DNA from: a virus
Strand: one strand, 5' to 3'
IMG/VR virus record: IMGVR_UViG_3300030616_000001
Location: 30,959 to 94,958 of that record
DNA: 64,000 nt
Part shown: piece by piece, positions 45,269-53,768 of the stretch
Layout: every line of letters begins with the position of its first letter
Numbering within the stretch: the first letter of the stretch is position 1
The notes under the pieces: model-generated
Told to the model about the DNA's origin: nothing
Databases searched by the model: none
What the model saw: only the letters and a program-made list of their open reading frames with translations
Position numbers and translations under genes: made by a program

Positions 45269-46507
45269 CTAGTTTTTGCGGCGGCCGCGGCCCGTTCCGT
45301 TCTTCTTGGCTCCTCGGCGCCCACCGGATTGGTCACCGTCCCCGAAGAAGTCGTTCTTCTGCTTCTGCTGCTCGCGCTCGAACTCCTCGGCCTCGGCCCG
45401 CTCCCTGGCCAGGATCTCCTCCTGTTCCTCCGGGGTGGGTTCGTCGCCAGGTGCCTCAGATTGGTCCATGCCGTCCTCGTCGTCGGGACCGGGGTCCTGG
45501 TCGGGTTCCACGTGAGTGTCCTCCTCGCGTGGGGCGTCGTCCACCTGCACACCCGTCTCCGCCAGCATCTGCTGCTTGAGGCTGCCCATCCTGGTCAAGC
45601 TCACCCCCTGGGCCGCACCGTCGCCGGCGGCGGTGGGCTGGTCGTCGGCCTCGATGGAGGTGCCGACCACGTTGGTGGCCACATCGGCGAGGGACTGACC
45701 GCGCCCGGACTCGGCAAGGCTGATCAGGGCCGCGGCCTTGTCGAACTCGGGGGACAGGTCCCAGAACTTGGCGGACCAGCGGACAGCGGTCTTCTGCGCC
45801 ATCGCCTCGATGTAGGTGATCCACGGGACGCGGCGGATCGCCGCGGCGTTCATCTCCTTCTCCGGCTCGTTCTCCTTCCACCGCTTCCAGAACACCTCGG
45901 ACCCGTCGTCGCGCCGCTCCACGCGGATGTTCTTGTCGGCCAGGACCCGGTCCCGGTGTTTGAAGATCGCGGTCATGGGGTACGGCTGGCCGAAGTCGTA
46001 GAACCCGTCGTGGTAGCGGAGCGCGGCGTATACCGCGACCATCTTGCCCCGTGGCTTGCGCACGTCCCACGTGTGATTGAGGAACGGGTCGCTGCCCAGC
46101 TGGTGGGCGAACGAGTCGTGCTCGTGGACGATGATCGCCTCCACCTTGCGGACCAGGGGGTCGCGGCGGGCCAGCTTCATCAGGCCGCGGTACTGGACCT
46201 GCAATTGTGTCAGGCGCTGCCACTGCCAGGAGCCGTCGTCGGCCTTGTACTTGGACGACCTGGACTCCAGGTAGGCCTCGCCCAGCGGCCCCTCGAACCG
46301 CACGCCCAGGGTGGCCGCCTCCAGGACCGCGCCCAACGTGGACTCGGGGACGGCGTTGAGGACGTCCTTGTCGCTGCCGATGTGCGTCAGCGCGGAGTTG
46401 ATCCACGCGTCTGTGCTCATGCCGTCGGGCAGGGACTCGTCGATCATCTCCCTGATCCCGGCCGACTCGAGCCAGCCTTCGATCTTGCGGTAGTTCGGAT
46501 GTGCCAT
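45269..46507 (-). CDS. recT: RecT-family recombinase
   Basis: GAVLEAATLG...GEAYL...QVQYRGL.KLARR...EAMAQKTAVR. Confidence 0.9.
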   Translation of the reverse strand: MAHPNYRKIEGWLESAGIREMIDESLPDGMSTDAWINSALTHIGSDKDVLNAVPESTLGAVLEAATLGVRFEGPLGEAYLESRSSKYKADDGSWQWQRLTQLQVQYRGLMKLARRDPLVRKVEAIIVHEHDSFAHQLGSDPFLNHTWDVRKPRGKMVAVYAALRYHDGFYDFGQPYPMTAIFKHRDRVLADKNIRVERRDDGSEVFWKRWKENEPEKEMNAAAIRRVPWITYIEAMAQKTAVRWSAKFWDLSPEFDKAAALISLAESGRGQSLADVATNVVGTSIEADDQPTAAGDGAAQGVSLTRMGSLKQQMLAETGVQVDDAPREEDTHVEPDQDPGPDDEDGMDQSEAPGDEPTPEEQEEILARERAEAEEFEREQQKQKNDFFGDGDQSGGRRGAKKNGTGRGRRKN

Positions 46508-46535
46508 GTGCCTCTTCCTTCCCGGGGCTGCGCCC

Positions 46536-47759
46536 CTACTGTAGTTTGCCCGCCACGGCATCGGCTGCTTGCTCGATGGCGGCGCGTATCTCTCCCAGTT
46601 CCATCTCCAGCATCGCCGCGTACAGGTCGGCCCTGGCCCGCAGCTCGTCGAACGCCTCCACGCCGGCCTCCAGATCGAAGTCGGTGGTGGCGAACTCCTG
46701 GAGTTCCTTCTGCACGGTCATGACCCCGGCATCCGTTGCCTCGTCGCCCGTCTCGGCGCGGTCCTTCGGCCCGAAGTAGCGGAACGACTTGTACGGCTTG
46801 CCCTGCACCTCGTACTTGGACAGGTCCATGTTCGGGTGGTCCGCCTGGAGGGCCTTCTTGTCGAACACCTTACGACCTGCCTGCTCCCTGTGAAGGAATT
46901 TGTGGCGGCCGACTTGGACCGCGTCGATTCCGGCCTCGCCCATGACGTCCATGATCATCGCCTTGGCTGCGTCCATTGCCCGCTTCGCCGCGAGCTCACG
47001 CTCCTTGGCCAGCTTGTACGTGTCCACCGCGTCCTTCCACCCCTTGCCGTCCATCTGCTTGTAGACGGTCTTGCCGGCCTTCTTCGTCTCGGGCTGCTTG
47101 AACGCGACCGCCGCCGGAGGCACGTTCTTCTCCACGTGCTCGCGCCAGAACCTGCGGGCGTTGTCCTGGAGGATCGTGCTGACGTCCGGGTCCAGGGGCA
47201 ACTCCACGACCTGCAGGGCCACGTTCTCGCACTCGTAGATCACAACCCTGGTGCCCTTGATCTTGCCCTTCCACTCGTCACCCAGGTACGGCAGGGTGCA
47301 CACGTTGGCGCAGTGGGCGAGGTGGGCGGACTGGATCATGTAGTAGTCCCGGATCCCGCTGGTGCGGAACGAGTCGGCGACCCGCTGCATCGGGGACTTG
47401 ATCTCCAGGACCCACCCGTCGGCGCACAGTCCGTCGAAGTCGGCGAACATCGGCGAGTCTGGGTCGTCCACCTGGAAGCCGTGGTAGCGTTCCTGGTCTG
47501 TCTGCGGCGCGTACACCTTGATGCCCGACTGCGCCTCGTACATGGCGGCGGCCAGCGGCTCGTAGGTGTTGCCACGGCGCAGGTGCGGGTTGTCCTCCTC
47601 GGCGGCCACGTCCTCGGCGGTGATCGTCCGCTTCTTGGAGATGTACAGGTCCACCGGGGTCTTCTTGAACACCTCTCCCAGCGCCAGGATCGGCGAGTCC
47701 GAGGATCCCACTCCCCGCTGCCTGCCCTGGAGCCACTTGACTTTCTCTGCGATGTTCAT
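46536..47759 (-). CDS. YqaJ-like viral recombinase exonuclease
   Basis: WL..RQ.GVGSSD, RRGN.YEP, ADFDG, LEIK, YY.IQ. Confidence 0.9.
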   Translation of the reverse strand: MNIAEKVKWLQGRQRGVGSSDSPILALGEVFKKTPVDLYISKKRTITAEDVAAEEDNPHLRRGNTYEPLAAAMYEAQSGIKVYAPQTDQERYHGFQVDDPDSPMFADFDGLCADGWVLEIKSPMQRVADSFRTSGIRDYYMIQSAHLAHCANVCTLPYLGDEWKGKIKGTRVVIYECENVALQVVELPLDPDVSTILQDNARRFWREHVEKNVPPAAVAFKQPETKKAGKTVYKQMDGKGWKDAVDTYKLAKERELAAKRAMDAAKAMIMDVMGEAGIDAVQVGRHKFLHREQAGRKVFDKKALQADHPNMDLSKYEVQGKPYKSFRYFGPKDRAETGDEATDAGVMTVQKELQEFATTDFDLEAGVEAFDELRARADLYAAMLEMELGEIRAAIEQAADAVAGKLQ

Positions 47760-47771
47760 CGCTACTCCTTT

Positions 47772-48950
47772 CTACGCGAGGCCCGGGTATGGGTCCTCGT
47801 GCCGCACGAACGCGGCTACCTCGTCCGTCCCACCACGGTGGGAACACCCTTTCCGATACGGGCACTGGGACCCGTGACCACGACACGCCGCACCGTTGCG
47901 CGGCCAGATCCGCGCCGACCTGTGGTGCTCCTCCACGCCGATCAGCGCGTGGACGTCCGCGACCCACGCCTTGACGGCCTCCACGGTGGACTCCACACCG
48001 ACACGGTACGCGAACGTCTCGCCGCGGCCGATGATGCGCTCGAGCGCGGACGCGCACCGCTCGTTCTCCACGTCGGGATCCAGCCCGTTGGCGCGGACCG
48101 TCGCGTTCCACTGCTCCAGGGACGTGTCACACGCCGACCTGGACATGCCGCCGACGCCCGAACCGTTGCACTCGCCGCACTGCTTGGTGACCACCTCCCC
48201 GTCCTCGTCCTTCCGTGACGGGATCGTTCCCTTGCCCTTGCAGTTGCGGCACTTGATCGTCTCGGGGATCGCCGGGGCCTTGGTCCGCACCACCTCCACA
48301 GTGGCGGCGGTGATCGTGGTTTCCGCTGCCTTGGACGCGATCCACATCGCAGCGGCGAGCCACTGGTCGAGTTCCATGTCGTCGGCGACGGTCTGGGGGT
48401 CTGTGGTGGACGTGAACTTGCGGACCAGGACCGCCGGTCCCAGCTGGCCACGGTCCAGGACCCCGTCGATCCTGGCGGCGTAGGTGATGTCACCGAGGCC
48501 CAGCGGGAACTCGACCACCCTGTCCACGAGGGGGCGGCCGGTCTTGTCCACCATGAACTGCGGGTCGGAGATGCCGCCGAGGGTGTCCCCGTAGTGGGCC
48601 AGGATCCGCATCGCCTCGTCGGCGATCTCCTCGATGGTACAGGTCCACCGTTGCGCCTCGTCGCGCCCCATCTCACCGACCATCCGCAGCAGTTCGTGTC
48701 TGTACGCCATGACCACCGCGTCCGCGGCGGCCCGGGTCCTGATCGCGCTCAACCCGCGCACCACGGCCCGATCCCGCTCGTGGAGTGCGTCGGCGAGCAC
48801 CGACTTGATCCTGGGCGGCCACGGCGCGTGGCGGCGCCCTTTCAGTCTCCAGTTGTCCTCGTACTCGATGCGGAACCTGCGCGGGCACGTGGCCAGCGTG
48901 GTCAACATCGTCCTGGTCCGCCTGTTGGGCGGCCGTGTTTGGTTCTCCAA
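47772..48950 (-). CDS. AddB/Cas4-like PD-(D/E)XK protein with inserted DnaJ-type Zn finger
   Basis: TCPRRF at N-terminus, C...CPYRKGC at C-terminus, ARIDG; CRNCKGKG/CGECNGSG; TTG start after AGGAGGAGG. Confidence 0.75.
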   Translation of the reverse strand: MENQTRPPNRRTRTMLTTLATCPRRFRIEYEDNWRLKGRRHAPWPPRIKSVLADALHERDRAVVRGLSAIRTRAAADAVVMAYRHELLRMVGEMGRDEAQRWTCTIEEIADEAMRILAHYGDTLGGISDPQFMVDKTGRPLVDRVVEFPLGLGDITYAARIDGVLDRGQLGPAVLVRKFTSTTDPQTVADDMELDQWLAAAMWIASKAAETTITAATVEVVRTKAPAIPETIKCRNCKGKGTIPSRKDEDGEVVTKQCGECNGSGVGGMSRSACDTSLEQWNATVRANGLDPDVENERCASALERIIGRGETFAYRVGVESTVEAVKAWVADVHALIGVEEHHRSARIWPRNGAACRGHGSQCPYRKGCSHRGGTDEVAAFVRHEDPYPGLA

Positions 48951-48981
48951 GTGCCTCCTCCTTTCGGCCAATGGCTGCGGC

Positions 48982-49245
48982 CTACTGGGCGTCGGCGTCC
49001 ATCGTCGGCATGAACGCCTCACCGTACTCGTCCGGGCTGACCTCCTCCAGAATCTCGTCCGTGCCCACGTGGAGCGCGGAGCAAATGTCGCGCAGGAGCG
49101 ACGCCTTGGGGTCGCCGCGTTGGAGGATGTCGTGGAATCCCTGGGGGGTCTTCCCGACTCGCTCTGCAATCTCCCGCAGCGTCAGGCCGCGGCGCTTGCA
49201 CAGCAACTCCACACGCGCCTTGAAGTGGTTCACCTTCGTTCCCAT
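48982..49245 (-). CDS. XRE-family HTH regulator
   Basis: RGLTLREIAERVGKT...GDPKASLL..IC.AL. Confidence 0.88.
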   Translation of the reverse strand: MGTKVNHFKARVELLCKRRGLTLREIAERVGKTPQGFHDILQRGDPKASLLRDICSALHVGTDEILEEVSPDEYGEAFMPTMDADAQ

Positions 49246-49333
49246 CTGCACCTCCCGTTCAAAGGTTGTAGACACCGATCTGTTCAACTCTGTACATAAC
49301 ACGGTTGTTTTGACGCGTCAGTGTTTTTCGTGA

Positions 49334-50104
49334 CTATTTGTTGCGCCCGTACGACGCGGCGTGGGTTTCGAGGATCCGGGCCGCAGCAACCAACGCGGCT
49401 CGACCGATCGCGGTGTTCCCGTCACCGTCCGGCACCACCGACTTGGGGTCGATGGCGCGGACCAGCTTGGCCGCTCTGGCCAGGCCGCGGCGGACGTGGT
49501 GGGCGTCGGTGTGGGACTCGGTGCTGCCCTTGATCGCCAGGCGCAAGTGACCGGCGTTGGCGCCGCCGCCGAACGTGTCCCCGAGGCCGAAGTCAAGTCG
49601 GGATCCGTTCTCGGTGGTGAGGCAGATCGTGATCTCCCTCCCGTCCTCGGTGTGGCGCACATCCGGTTCCAGGGCGCGGATCCGCACGCCAGCGAGCGCC
49701 TCGTTGAGGTCCGCCAGTTCCCTGTCCAGAGCATCGATCATGGTGCCCGTGGTGTCCACCACTCCCTGGTCCGTGTCGGTGTCCGGGCACGGCGGCACCG
49801 CGTAGCCGTACCGCATCACGTTCGCCCGGTGCTCGTCGCAGAACACGGCCTGGCCCGCCACCTTGTCGCACCCGTCAACGGCGCAAGGAGTGGACCCGGA
49901 CACGGGGAACGGACCGCACAAGGCACGGCGCTGGTCCGGGGTCAACGGCCTTTCCCGTGGTTCCGTGTCGGTGTCTGGGACCGGCGCCATGGCGTGCTCG
50001 GCCAGCCGATCCGCGACCCGCTCCAGGGCGCCGATCAGCCTGGGCACGTCCGCGTCGTAGAACTTGGCCCCTCTCCTGGTCATGTGAAACGGTGTTCCAG
50101 TCAT
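49334..50104 (-). CDS. Hypothetical protein
   Basis: 256 aa; FH.T..G.KFY..DVP.L N-terminus; C..GC...C..H finger. Confidence 0.75.
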   Translation of the reverse strand: MTGTPFHMTRRGAKFYDADVPRLIGALERVADRLAEHAMAPVPDTDTEPRERPLTPDQRRALCGPFPVSGSTPCAVDGCDKVAGQAVFCDEHRANVMRYGYAVPPCPDTDTDQGVVDTTGTMIDALDRELADLNEALAGVRIRALEPDVRHTEDGREITICLTTENGSRLDFGLGDTFGGGANAGHLRLAIKGSTESHTDAHHVRRGLARAAKLVRAIDPKSVVPDGDGNTAIGRAALVAAARILETHAASYGRNK

Positions 50105-50156
50105 TGTGTAACTCCCTCCTGGTCAGTGATTCCGTTGCTACTAAACTACCCTGCGC

Positions 50157-50257
50157 CACAGCAGGCCCTCCAGCAGTGGACGCTACTGGCTCCCTTCACC
50201 GGCACCCCTACTAGCGAAGAAACCGGAGCAGCGTCCACTGCGGGAAGGCCTGCTGTG
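50157..50257 (-). ncRNA. ~100-nt long imperfect RNA hairpin (leader, processing site or ncRNA)
   Basis: Arms 50157-50167/50247-50257, 50173-50184/50230-50241, 50189-50193/50225-50229; extra G-U pairs form on the minus strand. Confidence 0.55.
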
Positions 50258-50268
50258 TGCTCTGTACG

Positions 50269-50598
50269 TCATTGATCGTGGGGTCCCTGGGGTCCCATGA
50301 TCCACGTGATCAGGGCGTCCCCGTCGATAACCCGGACCATGACAGGACCCCTGCGGTCCAGCGCGTGGAGAGCGGCTCCCATGCCCACTCCCAGACCATA
50401 CACAACCCTCCCGTGGTCCTCGGAACGGACTGGGGACCCGGCACGGACCGCCCGGAGGTACTCCCCGAACGCCTCGTATATCCGGGTCGCCCCGTCCCTG
50501 TCCTTGATCTGCTTGTCCCGGATCAAGTCGGCCAGCGCGTCCATCCGACGGGCCGCGTTGCTGGCTGCGAATTGATCCGGCGGTCGCTTGGTTCCCAT
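50269..50598 (-). CDS. Hypothetical protein
   Basis: Start MGTKRP. Confidence 0.65.
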   Translation of the reverse strand: MGTKRPPDQFAASNAARRMDALADLIRDKQIKDRDGATRIYEAFGEYLRAVRAGSPVRSEDHGRVVYGLGVGMGAALHALDRRGPVMVRVIDGDALITWIMGPQGPHDQ

Positions 50599-50603
50599 CG
50601 GCC

Positions 50604-52073
50604 TCACACCTTCCCGAAGAGGTGGTGCATGTCCCGCTCGTCCGCCATCGCGTCCCGCAGCACCACCGTCTCGTCGCTGAACTGCTCGTTGATCTCGGTC
50701 CTGGTCGCGGACCCGACGAGGATCGAGTTGCACGCGAAGTCCAACTCGTCCCGGTCCCGGTTCCACTTGGCCAGCCACTCGTCGGTGACCCTGGCCCGCC
50801 CGTCCGTCACCATGACGATGTCCGCCTGCTTGAACTCGCCCTGCTCGCGGATAACCTCGACGCACCGGTCCAGGCTGTCCATGAAGTTGGTCCCACCGTC
50901 GGCGGCGAAGAAGCTCACCGCGTCGGTGATCGCCTCGGGCGTCATCGCGTCCTTGCCGGGGAACTGGTCCACCCGGAGGACGCCGTGGCCGAAGTGCACG
51001 ATGGCGAAGCCGCGGTTCTGCTCCTTGGCAACCTGCATGAAGGCCAGGCAAACGGCGGCGGCCCACACGTCGGCGTCCCCCGCCCCCATCGAACCGGAGG
51101 AGTCGAGGCACATGATGATCGGCCCCTTGTGGTCCTTCTGCTTGTCGGCCTTCTCGGTGCAAGCGAGGGAACGCTCCGCGTACTTGGCGGCGAAAACGTG
51201 CCTCATGCCCGGGGTCCCGTAGACCAACTCCCGGAAGCACAGGTTCCCAAGGTCGTTCGAGAACCGGCGGCCCACCCGCTCGCCCGCGCCCTTGCGGGGC
51301 TTCCGGCGCTGCTGGTCACTGGCGATCCTGCGGAGGCGTCCGGCCAACTCCGCGATCTTGCGGAGGCGGGCGTTGTCGTTCACCACCTTGGCCAGTTGGT
51401 TGCCCACCGCCATCTGCGCCTTCCTGCCGCTGTGCACGTCCAGGCCGATCCCGTACGCGTCGATCATCGCCTGCATGGCCGCAATCTGGCCGTTTGCGTT
51501 GGCGGCGGCGTCACGGAGTGCCTGGCGCACCTGGGTCATGTCCAGCTCCTCGGCGGCACCCTCGGCCGCTTCCCGCTTCTCGCCCATGCCCTCCAGGACC
51601 TCGTCCAGGGTGTCCTCGATGGCCTCGCACTCCTCGTCGTCGCCCCGCTCCTCCGCGTCCGCCAACAGGCGCTCCAGGTACTCCACCACGTCGGCGTCGC
51701 TACGCACGTCCTCCACCGGCGTGGAGGGTGCGGTGACCTTCCGCAGCAGGTCGTCGATCATCGAGGAGGTTACCATCCCGGCCCACGTGTCGTTGCCCAC
51801 GGTCTGTGCCCGCAGGTCCGCCACCTCGGGAACCTCGCGCATCGCCGCGTCCAGGCGTTGGAACACCTCCGAACCCGCGGCCGGCTCCTCGAGCCGCTCC
51901 GGCGTGTCGGCGTGGAAGAAGTGGAACATCTCGGCGGCCCAGTCCGGGAACGCCTCGTAACGGTCGCGCCCGTCGGCCTCGGCACGGGCCGCGTTCTGGT
52001 CGGCCAGCGTGTGGTCGTTCCACAGGTGCCGCTGGAACTCGCTGGGCCGGTATATGAGGTTGTGTGTCGTCAT
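50604..52073 (-). CDS. VWA domain protein (ViaA-like)
   Basis: KGPIIMCLDSSGSM, GGTNF, ADIVMVTDG. Confidence 0.9.
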   Translation of the reverse strand: MTTHNLIYRPSEFQRHLWNDHTLADQNAARAEADGRDRYEAFPDWAAEMFHFFHADTPERLEEPAAGSEVFQRLDAAMREVPEVADLRAQTVGNDTWAGMVTSSMIDDLLRKVTAPSTPVEDVRSDADVVEYLERLLADAEERGDDEECEAIEDTLDEVLEGMGEKREAAEGAAEELDMTQVRQALRDAAANANGQIAAMQAMIDAYGIGLDVHSGRKAQMAVGNQLAKVVNDNARLRKIAELAGRLRRIASDQQRRKPRKGAGERVGRRFSNDLGNLCFRELVYGTPGMRHVFAAKYAERSLACTEKADKQKDHKGPIIMCLDSSGSMGAGDADVWAAAVCLAFMQVAKEQNRGFAIVHFGHGVLRVDQFPGKDAMTPEAITDAVSFFAADGGTNFMDSLDRCVEVIREQGEFKQADIVMVTDGRARVTDEWLAKWNRDRDELDFACNSILVGSATRTEINEQFSDETVVLRDAMADERDMHHLFGKV

Positions 52074-52085
52074 CGTCCGTTCCTC

Positions 52086-53276
52086 CTACAGGCTCGCCGG
52101 GCGGAACATGGTGATCTCGCGGCCCCGGTCCACCAAGGCCTTGATCGCGCTCTCCACCACGTCCACGGCCTCGTTGACCTGCTCGTTGTCCTCGCCCACC
52201 TTGTCCACGACCTCCATGATCGCGTCGCGCCGCCCCGCCAGCTTGCCCTGGATCTCGCCCAGGACCTTGGTGGCCGCGGTCTTGGTGAGGGTCCCGGTCT
52301 TGATGTCGTCCAGGGTGGGCAGTTCGCGCATCGCGATCCGCACCCCGTCGATGATCGAGGTGGCACGGGCACCGTAGGGGTCCGCCGCGTTCCCGATGGT
52401 CTTGAGGAGTTCGGGGCGGCCGTCGTGGGTCTTCCAGATCACGTCGGCCAGGACCAGGAAGTCGCCGGGCTGCACCGTGGCGTGGCCGTTGACCACCGCC
52501 CTGGCGCGTACCAGCTTCGGCGCCTTGCCGATCCACGTCCGGTCACTGGCCGTGAACCCCGCGTCCTCACAGGCCCGCTTGACCGCCAGGAGGATCTTGG
52601 CCTCGTCCAGGCCCCACGGGACCGCGGCGGCCGCGTCGCGGAGCTTGTCCAGATCGCCGCTCTCCATCTTCGCGGTGATCTCGGCCGGCCCGTCCACGAG
52701 CAGCTTGAGGAGGGCGTCCTGGTCGCCGATGTAGTCCAGCCAGAACTTGACGGCGAAGCGGTCGTAAAGGGCGTCCAGGCTGGCGTCCTCGGGGTATTCG
52801 TTGCTCGCCCCGATCACCGTCTCCAGGGGCAGGTCGATCATGTCCGCGCCGTTCCGCATCTTGCGCTGCTGCATGGCCAGGAGGAACCCGTTGAGGAGGG
52901 CGGAGTTGGACTTGAAAATCTCGTCCAGGAACCAGACTTGCCGGTCCGGGGCGCACCCGTCAACTCGCCGCTGGTAGCGGTCCTCCTCCATCATTGCCTT
53001 GGCCGAGAACATGCCGAACACCTCCTCCGGGGCGGTGTCCTTGGTCAGCTGGATCTCGAAAAACGAGGACTCGATGCAGCGGCTCAACGCCTCGGCGAAA
53101 TCGCTCTTGGCCGTCCCGGGAGGTCCCAGGAGTAGGCAGTGGTCCTTGGCCAGAAGGGCGGTGAGGACGCCGTCCACCGGCCCGCTGCGCTCCACGAACC
53201 TGGCCTTCAACTCGCGCCGGATCGCCTGGAACCGCTCGGCCGCCGTGGTGGTCTTGTTGGTCTTGGTCTTGGTCAT
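52086..53276 (-). CDS. MoxR-family AAA+ ATPase (RavA-like)
   Basis: GPPGTAKS, PEEVFG, FLDEIFK, ASNE, ALYDRF, SDR. Confidence 0.92.
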   Translation of the reverse strand: MTKTKTNKTTTAAERFQAIRRELKARFVERSGPVDGVLTALLAKDHCLLLGPPGTAKSDFAEALSRCIESSFFEIQLTKDTAPEEVFGMFSAKAMMEEDRYQRRVDGCAPDRQVWFLDEIFKSNSALLNGFLLAMQQRKMRNGADMIDLPLETVIGASNEYPEDASLDALYDRFAVKFWLDYIGDQDALLKLLVDGPAEITAKMESGDLDKLRDAAAAVPWGLDEAKILLAVKRACEDAGFTASDRTWIGKAPKLVRARAVVNGHATVQPGDFLVLADVIWKTHDGRPELLKTIGNAADPYGARATSIIDGVRIAMRELPTLDDIKTGTLTKTAATKVLGEIQGKLAGRRDAIMEVVDKVGEDNEQVNEAVDVVESAIKALVDRGREITMFRPASL

Positions 53277-53360
53277 GGGGGTGCCTCCGTTGCTGTGGGC
53301 CGTATCGGCCCGGGTTTGTGTGTCGTCCATCCTGTCTGCATACTTCGTCATTACCCCTTT

Positions 53361-53388
53361 ATAATACATATTTCAACGTACCGGTCAA
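53361..53388 (-). promoter_or_regulatory. Early promoter TTGACC-N16-TATTAT with upstream A-tract
   Basis: AT-rich island; TG before the -10. Confidence 0.8.
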
Positions 53389-53710
53389 GTTTTTTTGTAA
53401 CAATTTTGTGTTTCCTATTACGGGTCACGGCCTTTCATGATCCGTCACGTGCGCGTCCCTGCGCCACCCGCTGCTGGCCCTGGCCCGGGGTCCTCACCGA
53501 GGTATTGACCCGGTCCAGAACGTCCAGCTGGCTGGATTTCAACGCTGCGGCCCTGTGCGGCCCGTCAGGCCCCGTTCTCGCCGGGGGGTCCTGGGATATG
53601 GGTCCACCCCGAAAAGTCCAGCACGACCAGGAGCAGTGGACGCTGCGGCCATGCACAAGGGGCACCGACTCGGGGCGGATCGTGGCACGGTCTGGTGACT
53701 CGGTGACCGG

Positions 53711-53741
53711 AGAGAACGCCGCCCCCGTGGAGGGGGCGACG
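53711..53741 (-). terminator. Intrinsic terminator
   Basis: CGUCGCCCCU-CCAC-GGGGGCGGCG followed by UUCUCU, just after the stop at 53769. Confidence 0.6.
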
Positions 53742-53768
53742 GTGGGGCGGGGTTGCTGGGTTGGTCGG

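Noticed and set aside
48982-49245. Lysogeny switch (cI/cro)
   Set aside because: No divergent repressor, peptidase domain, integrase or att site in the window; lifestyle cannot be decided
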